From positions 5,039 to 69,038 of the forward strand of contig LLEV01000006.1 of the NCBI GenBank assembly GCA_001567515.1: a stretch of DNA of 64,000 nt, in the 5' to 3' direction. Position 1 is the first letter of the stretch. The number at the start of each line of letters is the position of its first letter. Positions 57,475 to 64,000 of the stretch are shown here, piece by piece. A program made the translations under genes and the position numbers. The notes beneath the pieces were generated by a model that ran no database searches, was not told the DNA's origin, and worked only from the letters and a program-made list of their open reading frames with translations. The DNA comes from Microgenomates bacterium OLB22 (lineage in GTDB: Bacteria; Patescibacteriota; Microgenomatia; UBA1406; HO2-37-13b).

Positions 57475-58125
57475 ATGGAGAGATCACATGTTATCCGTAA
57501 CTCGCTCTTCGGAGCCACAGCTGTACTAGCACTAGTGATTACTTCTGTTTTTACACTTCAACGAAATAGGACTCAATCACAAGCCCAGGCCGCAACGCAG
57601 GCGACGATAAGTCAGGTGCTCCGACAAAATGGCATCAGTAGTGATACGGTCCAAAGCTGCCCTGAGGGCATTGCTGAACCCCTGATCCGCGCGTGTGGAG
57701 AGCCACAATGTGGCGATTTGGGTAGCGTAACATCTGTAAATACTGCTGGTAATCCTACCAGTGTAGACAAACCAGCTTGTACTATCTCTATAGAGTTCGC
57801 AGGTGTCCGATGTATGGACGGGACAGTAGTTGACTACAAGCCCTTTGGTGAGGGTTGTATCCCAGGAACGAAGGAAGAGTTTTCATCAAGGTTTTCTGAA
57901 ATAGGTGAGGAGATGCGTGCCCTCTGTGCCGGAAAGAAGGCAGCGTCCTGTAGTCCTGCAGGTAGCTCAGGACAGGGCACCGGTCCAGGCTCTGCAGGTA
58001 GTCAAGTCAACGGAGGGGCTCAACCAAGTACAACAAATTCATCAGGCGATGTGAATGGCGATGGAGTAGTAGACCTCCTGGATTATAGTGTGTGGTTGAA
58101 TGCATTCACCTCAACTAGTAGATGA
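57475..58125 (+). CDS. Cluster protein G: TM anchor + Cys-rich domain + single dockerin-like segment
   Basis: TM helix LFGATAVLALVITSVFTL, 8 Cys residues, and C-terminal GDVNGDGVVDLLDYSVWLNAF. Confidence 0.55.
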   Translation: MERSHVIRNSLFGATAVLALVITSVFTLQRNRTQSQAQAATQATISQVLRQNGISSDTVQSCPEGIAEPLIRACGEPQCGDLGSVTSVNTAGNPTSVDKPACTISIEFAGVRCMDGTVVDYKPFGEGCIPGTKEEFSSRFSEIGEEMRALCAGKKAASCSPAGSSGQGTGPGSAGSQVNGGAQPSTTNSSGDVNGDGVVDLLDYSVWLNAFTSTSR

Positions 58126-58184
58126 CGCTTATTAATTGGTTTGGAGGAGGTAGGCTCTGACATTTTATAATTCACTCTTTTGTC

Positions 58185-58743
58185 ATGCGTAACACTCCAT
58201 TTGTTGTAGGTGGACTTCTTTTTTTACTAGTGGCATTCTTTTTTGTCTCTAGTCCTGAGAGGTTCTTGTATCCTTCCCGGGCTTCACAAGAACGCGTAAG
58301 ACTCTTTTTTGCACCAACTGAAATCTCAGGAACCACATCTACCCTTATTCCCGTGTCGGTTTATCTACAAACCAATCCGGGTGTTTTTTGTATCTGATGC
58401 CCAGATAAGTCTTATATATGATCCTTCGGTTCTTGTCGTTGACTCAACAGGTGAAGGTGGCTCCGATCAGGCCTGTGAGGCAAACAACTTTTTCATGAGA
58501 GAGCAGGGAGTCTATCAGAATGATGTAAGCACTGGTACAGTTACTCTAAGAAGATATACCAGTAGCGACGGACGAGATGGGCTACTCTGTTGGGGGACTA
58601 TCTATTTTAAAGCCCTAAAAAGGGGAGTGACAGAAGTATCATTGCCCACCATACTAGAAGGCAGTCCTTCTATCTCGGGTAGTCACGGGGAATTGCTCCC
58701 CATCCAAGAAGATAGGGAAGTACTGACCATCACGATAAACTAG
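58185..58743 (+). CDS. Cluster protein H: TM anchor + cohesin-like domain (frame broken at T6 run 58384-58389)
   Basis: ...TSTLIPVSVYLQTNPGVF | VSDAQISLIYDPSVLVVDSTGEG...GTVTLRRY...GTIYFKALKRG. Track ORFs 58185-58397 and 58309-58743. Confidence 0.6.
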
Positions 58744-58836
58744 TCCCAAAAAACTTTTGATATGTACATAAATTATCTGTATAACTATACATAATGCACG
58801 CTATTTGGCTACGGAAAACGGCACTTCTTTTTTTCT

Positions 58837-60262
58837 TTGGTGTTTTTTTTTGCTGCAAGTTTAGTTTGGTTTGTTGCGGACTACGCCGCAAAATCGCGAG
58901 CAAACGCATTATTGGTTCAAATAAATCCAAATCCGGGCTCCGTGAGCATATCTGGCGGTACGACAGCAACAACTACCTTGACGCTGGAAGCAGCTAATGG
59001 TCAAAGCATCTCCGCATATGATCTACGTTTCACACTAGAAGGCCCGGTCTATATCCAGTCGGCTGCTAAGCCTGTTCTTTTGGGCTCTAGTCTAAGTCAA
59101 GACGCTGTAACACAGTTCATTCTTTCCTCAGATCGACTTTCTTATGGATTTATCGGATCATCGGCACAATTGAGTAGCCGCATAGAACAACCTATTGTCT
59201 TAGCCTGTGATGCGAGCGGCCAAGGTAAGGTGACTATCTCTAGTACCTCGCAGATTGTTGGCCCTTCAGGAGAATTGCAGCTAGGGACCACCTCACCTAT
59301 CGTTGTTGATTGTCAGGGGATATCGGGTACGGCACGTCCATCTGCTAACTCGGGCATGGTTATCACGACAAACCCTACCCAACCCGAGCAAGGAAGTCCT
59401 TACGATGTCTCAAATCTCACTTCCCTCTATCCACAAAGGTAAGCCCGTGATAGGTATTGCAATGCAGATCAACTATGACCCCTCAGTTGTATCGTTGTCA
59501 TCTATGGATACCCCCTACGGCACTCTGCAAGCAGATTCTACGGTGGTCTTGCCTGCAGATCCACAGACAGGTGGAGATTCAGTCAAAACAACAACCGATT
59601 TGACCACGGTGGCAAACCCCCAAGGAGGACCAGCTACAGATGTTCGGGGAGTGAGCACCCTCGCCCAAAACACAAATACAGGTCCTCTGAGATCATGCCA
59701 ATCAGATGCTGACTGTCCGACTTCTACAGTTGGGAGAGGGCTTTGCCTAAACGGTCAGTGTCAATCGCCCGTTGATCCTAACGCTGCCCCGCCCGTCGAA
59801 ATGAATGGTGGTGGTACTGGATCATTGGGAAGCATAGTAGTTGACCCAGAGGGGACAGCGGTAGTAAAGGTTTCTCTATCACCGGCACAGGCAGACCCTT
59901 TACTAACACTGCGATTTCAGGCTCTTGCGAGTGCTGCCGATGCCGGACTTACTTTGTCGTCTATCCATTATCTTACAGCTGATGGCGAGGATATCGTGAT
60001 GCCAGATGCCTCCCTCGGGACATCGGGTGATACTACCACTCCGTCAGCCGATGAGACGTCTGCTGGTAGTGGTGCATATATAGTTGGGGACGTTAATAAT
60101 GACGGAGTTATTAACTCAGTTGACCTCCTCATTATCAAAGAATACCTCGGTAGTTCTGACGCTCAAGCTCTTGACGAAGCGGATTTTAATACAGATGGTG
60201 CAGTAAATGTTCAGGATTACTCAATGGCTATTACTTCATTTACCCAACAGTTTGATGAATAA
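58837..60262 (+). CDS. Cluster protein I: scaffoldin-like protein with TM anchor, 2 or more cohesin-like modules and a canonical two-segment dockerin (frame broken at 59412-59414)
   Basis: VSISGGTTATTTLTLEAANGQSISAYDLRFTLEG... then ...GSPYDVS | ISLPSIHKGKPVIGIAMQINYDPSVVSL. C-terminal GDVNNDGVINSVDLLIIKEYLG...ADFNTDGAVNVQDYSMAITSF. Confidence 0.65.
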
Positions 60263-61109
60263 AAATAAACAACTCATCAGATACCTTGTTTATGGAGGGG
60301 CAATATTGCTGATTGTTACCCTGTTTAGCCTGTATCAACAAAAGACTAAACAGCCAACTGAAAAAATCAACATCAAACCTACCGGTGCTATAGCCCCCAA
60401 AAGAAAAGGGATAATCAAAGTAGGTATGCAAGATAACCGTGTGCTAGTTGGCAAAGGAGAAACCCTCTCTTTGGTAGTCGTTGCCTCATCTGGCGGGGTA
60501 GAAGTAAATGGCTATGACGTGGTACTCCAGTATGACCCTGAGGTGGTCCAGTTTATCGATGTCCAGCCTATTGAAACAGATTTTGACAGCGTGAGCACCG
60601 TCTCAGATAACGCGCTTATCATAACAGGGTCCCTTAAGCTTTCGAAGGAAGTATCACCAGTGCTAAAGGATAATGCGTTAAGCATCATTCGCTTTAAGAC
60701 TCTTAGAGAGGGCTCTCCTCGATTTGCTCTGGACTTCATCAATGGCTCAATGAAGGACACAAATCTGGCCACATCAAAAGCTGAAGATATCCTGGGCTCA
60801 GTCACGAATCCACTTGTCAGAGTTGTGGGTACTCAAAAGATTACAAAGGGAAGGCCCTTAAAAGTTGGCCCGGATTTAACACTTGAGCTACAGGAGATCA
60901 CGGTGCCGCCAAAGGACTGTTTTGATTGTTTTACACAGGTAAATATAGTGGCAACCGGTGAGAAAGGTTCCGAAACATTATTGTTTAAAAATGGAGGGCT
61001 TGCTGGAGTCATTGATCAAAAAAGAACTTCCTCTGGCTATGTTATTGAAATTGGTGATATATCAGGAGACTCACTTGACCTCTACGCATTCCGAGAAAGC
61101 CAATTATGA
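60255..61109 (+). CDS. Cluster protein J: TM anchor + cohesin-like domain
   Basis: The ATG overlaps the upstream stop. TM helix LVYGGAILLIVTLFSL. GETLSLVVVASSGGVEVNGYDVVLQYDPEVVQFIDVQP...ALSIIRFKTLREG. Confidence 0.55.
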   Translation: MNKNKQLIRYLVYGGAILLIVTLFSLYQQKTKQPTEKINIKPTGAIAPKRKGIIKVGMQDNRVLVGKGETLSLVVVASSGGVEVNGYDVVLQYDPEVVQFIDVQPIETDFDSVSTVSDNALIITGSLKLSKEVSPVLKDNALSIIRFKTLREGSPRFALDFINGSMKDTNLATSKAEDILGSVTNPLVRVVGTQKITKGRPLKVGPDLTLELQEITVPPKDCFDCFTQVNIVATGEKGSETLLFKNGGLAGVIDQKRTSSGYVIEIGDISGDSLDLYAFRESQL

Positions 61110-63886
61110 AATCAGCACAATTTGAACACAATCCGTTTATACAGTTTATTCTTGCTGGACTGGGTCTCTATGCTGTTGTGATGTTGACAATGCTCTCAGT
61201 AGATCTATTGTCTCCTCGGCAGCAGGTGAAGACTAAGGCTACGGGACAGCCCCAATTTGATGTGAGTCAAGTAGAGCAAGACCAGGCGATAGCGGGTGTC
61301 TTAGATGGGACCATTACAGTAGATGTTAGCAGTAATAAGGGTTTGATCACGATCCCCAGTGACTCTTCCACAGATGTCGCAGCTGCAGTAAAAGCACTCG
61401 AGGTCTTGGAGAACACCCCTCTGTCGCTCATCCCATCTGATGATATGGTACAGGGCATAAGTACCTCGGATGAGATCACCATTCTTCCTGAAGGGTTCAG
61501 TCGAACAGCAAAGTTAGTGAGAACACTTGATGAAGCAAAAGTCTTTACTCAGGCTGCTGCGGCACCGGTAAAACACTACTATTTCCAGCAGCAAATTAAG
61601 GTCGAGGGCAAACTTGTCCCAGTGTTTGGCACAGATGCAAGGGTTAGCATGATGCAACAAGATGAAGAGGAAACAGTGATCGGTGTAGGGGCTACCGTCC
61701 TAGGTATAAACCCCGAACCAGACGCCCTTGTGATGCAAACAGGCTCTACCGACACGCAACTCCTAGTCGATAAGGCTCAGGCACAGGCCAAGGTGTTTCT
61801 CGATAATCCTGCCCTCAATGTCTCGTTGTGTGTGGGCTCAGCTTTGGAAGATGAGATCGTCAATAAAAGCATACTGGGTATATCCTCTGACACCACTAAC
61901 TATCTCACTAAACGGGTCCCTCTTTGTGTTGATGAACAGCAGGATATCAAAGTGCTCAATGTTTTTATAGACCCACAGACACAGGAGGCCATCTTTATCG
62001 AGCCACTAATCTATGATGCTTTACAACGAAGGGTATCTGATTGTAGTACTGGATCATGTCAGGTGAAACGTACAGAGGGAAGTGGTCCCTCCAATTCTGC
62101 AGAGGCTGATAAGGCCTATGATCTTCTGAAAAAGGTCTACGATTATTTCAAAACTAAACACAATAGAGATAGCTTTGATGGTCGTGGAGCACCACTGGTA
62201 GCAGAGGTTAATTATTCGGGAGCTATCGCATCAGCTGGTGGTGCCAGATGCCCAAATGCTGTATGGCTGGGGGCAAAGATGGCAGCATGTCGAGGATTGG
62301 TGCTAGATGATGTCTGGGCACATGAGATAACTCATGGTGTTACTTTCACGACTTCAAATCTGCTTTATCAAAATCAATCCGGAGCGCTCAATGAGAGCTT
62401 TTCTGACATCTTTGGGTGGGCTGTAGACCCTGATGACTTTGCTATGGGCAATATCCGTCGACTTGACGACCCGACTCGAAGCCAGCGTCCACAACCGGAT
62501 AAACTTTTTTCGCCACTATACCACACAAAGAGTACAGATCAGGGTGGAGTACACATCAACAGCGGCATCCTCAACAAGGCTTTTTATCTGATGGTAGCAG
62601 GGGGTAATTTCAATGATTGTACAATACAAAAAGCAGATCCAGAAAGAGTGTTGGAAGCAATCTATAAGGCCCTGACAGTCTATCTCAATAGGACCTCAAA
62701 TTTTAAGAGCGCATATACAGCAATCAACAGAGCCTGTGCAGATATTCATGGTGCATCTTCGCCTACGTGTGCCACTATAGAAGCTTCTATGCAAGCAACA
62801 CAAATGGACCAGATGGGGAGTGGACAGACCTGCCCTGAGTGTAACAGTACTCGTGGCAAGGTAGCGACATGTGCAGGTAAAGGGCCTCAGGGTGGTGGAG
62901 ACTCACAACCTCCGCAAAATCCACAGCCGTCGGGCTCGACGAGGGTGCCAGCAAATCCGCCACGTTCGACTGCTACGCCTCGCCCCACTGCAAGGATTGG
63001 TGGGTCCCCAAATACTGGGAACAGATATCCTACAACATCACAAAGAGCACCAACAGGGTCGGCTGAGTCTCCGGTAGGGGGGAATGTAAAGTCTATTGAT
63101 CCTGTTACCGAATGTCCAGTTACTGCCCCAACGAGCGTAGAGAGAGCGTATTCGGCGGTTCGAGTTACTTGTACTGATGGACGATCTTCGCTACTACAAA
63201 AACAAACATGCACGCCTTTGGGAGGATACAAGGCAGATGCCACCACATTCTGTGCAGGGTCTTCTCCTCCCGCCCCAAGAGATGGCGGAGAGAATACCCC
63301 GGCTCCAGTCCCTGGTAATCCACAGGAAACAGGAGATACAGTAGCAGTCGTCTTTCAGGTACAGCTGCAGGGCGTGACTGATAAGATCCCTCCGCAGCAT
63401 GCCATCATACCTATGAGAGTAGGTTTATCGAGTAGGGCACTGGATCGTCCTCTATACGTTGATACTGAAGCAAAGGCTCGTCTTGACGGTAAAACTGTCT
63501 TGTGGGAGGGTAAGGCGATCTTTAAGGCAGATCCGCGATTGAGTTATCAGATACTGCTCAAAGGACCAGTACACATACAAAGAAAGTTCTGTCACGAGGT
63601 TGTTCAAGAACGGGAGCCAGGGGCATATCTTTGTGCTGGTTCATCTATCCCTGTGTCCCAAGGGACAATCCATCTTAATGCCAGCACTGTCCCCTTGTTT
63701 GCCTGTGATGTCCCCGAGCAAAACGGCATATGCAACTCCCTGGACTTGTCAGTCATAAAAGACGGAATCGGATCAATACAGCCTGCAATTATCATCCGCT
63801 GTGATATGAATTTAGATGGAGTCTGTAATGCCCAAGACTATGTTATTGCTCTTCAGGCATTTCTAATCCGGCTTGATGAAGAATGA
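61106..63886 (+). CDS. Cluster protein K: thermolysin-like (M4) metalloprotease with C-terminal dockerin-like module
   Basis: VWAHEITHGVT...YQNQSGALNESFSDIFG...QGGVHINSGILNKAFYL are the M4 active-site blocks. Also an N-terminal TM helix, a P/S/T/G linker, and C-terminal CDVPEQNGICNSLDLSVI...CDMNLDGVCNAQDYVIALQAF. Confidence 0.85.
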   Translation: MKSAQFEHNPFIQFILAGLGLYAVVMLTMLSVDLLSPRQQVKTKATGQPQFDVSQVEQDQAIAGVLDGTITVDVSSNKGLITIPSDSSTDVAAAVKALEVLENTPLSLIPSDDMVQGISTSDEITILPEGFSRTAKLVRTLDEAKVFTQAAAAPVKHYYFQQQIKVEGKLVPVFGTDARVSMMQQDEEETVIGVGATVLGINPEPDALVMQTGSTDTQLLVDKAQAQAKVFLDNPALNVSLCVGSALEDEIVNKSILGISSDTTNYLTKRVPLCVDEQQDIKVLNVFIDPQTQEAIFIEPLIYDALQRRVSDCSTGSCQVKRTEGSGPSNSAEADKAYDLLKKVYDYFKTKHNRDSFDGRGAPLVAEVNYSGAIASAGGARCPNAVWLGAKMAACRGLVLDDVWAHEITHGVTFTTSNLLYQNQSGALNESFSDIFGWAVDPDDFAMGNIRRLDDPTRSQRPQPDKLFSPLYHTKSTDQGGVHINSGILNKAFYLMVAGGNFNDCTIQKADPERVLEAIYKALTVYLNRTSNFKSAYTAINRACADIHGASSPTCATIEASMQATQMDQMGSGQTCPECNSTRGKVATCAGKGPQGGGDSQPPQNPQPSGSTRVPANPPRSTATPRPTARIGGSPNTGNRYPTTSQRAPTGSAESPVGGNVKSIDPVTECPVTAPTSVERAYSAVRVTCTDGRSSLLQKQTCTPLGGYKADATTFCAGSSPPAPRDGGENTPAPVPGNPQETGDTVAVVFQVQLQGVTDKIPPQHAIIPMRVGLSSRALDRPLYVDTEAKARLDGKTVLWEGKAIFKADPRLSYQILLKGPVHIQRKFCHEVVQEREPGAYLCAGSSIPVSQGTIHLNASTVPLFACDVPEQNGICNSLDLSVIKDGIGSIQPAIIIRCDMNLDGVCNAQDYVIALQAFLIRLDEE

Positions 63887-63901
63887 TACGTACTTTTGCC
63901 T

Positions 63902-64000
63902 ATGTTACTGGAAGATAAATTATTTCGGATCGGATTTGTAACATTGCTTATTCTCAGTATTGGGATAGGAGTAGTCGTCATCTTGTGGAACATGCAGAAG
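63902..64000 (+). CDS. Start of another membrane-anchored protein (3' end outside window)
   Basis: MLLEDKLFRIGFVTLLILSIGIGVVVILWNMQK. The TM helix has the same architecture as the cluster members. Confidence 0.4.
   Translation, partial: MLLEDKLFRIGFVTLLILSIGIGVVVILWNMQK

Noticed and set aside
117-59414. Programmed ribosomal frameshifting at the homopolymer sites
   Set aside because: The breaks go in both +1 and -1 directions. They occur in unrelated genes, including mreB and a tiny GIY-YIG gene. They lack shared slippery-heptamer or downstream-structure context. Indel error or slipped-strand mutation is far more economical.
1-64000. Alternative genetic code (TGA read as Gly or Trp, as in some candidate phyla) as the explanation for fragmented ORFs
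   Set aside because: Well-conserved genes terminate at TGA at the expected length (e.g. rplJ, the endonuclease IV neighbours, cluster protein K). Very long ORFs are intact under code 11. The ORF breaks are frame changes at homopolymers, not in-frame TGAs. Only one in-frame TGA (38019) was found.

Overview
The window looks like part of a small, AT-leaning genome of an uncultivated bacterium. I infer a CPR/Patescibacteria-like organism from the sparse housekeeping set, tRNAs without encoded CCA, TATACTAT-type and often leaderless promoters, and the dominance of secreted hypothetical proteins. Housekeeping anchors are mreB (5' partial), tRNA-Arg/Ser/Leu/Gly, a WecG/TagA-family glycosyltransferase, ung, pth, nfo and rplJ-rplL. 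Three accessory blocks dominate. (1) At 4.4-11.3 kb there is a giant SpvB/Tc-like RHS/YD-repeat protein, followed by a separately encoded RHS-core 'tip' toxin with its own signal peptide. A second homologous tip cassette, with a different C-terminal toxin and a small acidic putative immunity gene, lies at 26.5-28.1 kb. The ~16 kb between the two tips is an island of individually promoted and terminated cassettes separated by mosaics of short hairpin repeats: an HTH-like + MORC/GHKL ATPase pair, a split serpin-like pair, two paralogous unknown cassettes, a degenerate Nudix, a TrpF-like barrel, a 2H-phosphoesterase-like + NTase-like pair, GIY-YIG, ung and an SGNH hydrolase. An RtcB-like ligase follows the second tip. 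(2) At 30-33.5 kb two type II TA modules (Phd/YefM-VapC and Phd/YefM-RelE) flank pth-nfo and share a TGTACA palindromic operator. (3) At 43.2-64 kb a two-armed cluster encodes at least 11 membrane-anchored or secreted proteins. They are built from dockerin-like and cohesin-like modules, three uncharacterised Cys-rich domain families, and hydrolase heads (M4 thermolysin-like, M64-like HExxH, SLT lytic transglycosylase). This cluster is my best candidate for an undescribed system: a cellulosome-style surface assembly of lytic enzymes. It may also recruit the RHS toxin, which carries the same dockerin-like and 'YGW' modules. Caveat: at least 17 reading-frame breaks occur, almost all in homopolymer runs and including mreB. 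These most likely reflect sequencing indels, so I joined ORF-track fragments wherever both frames carry the same protein.
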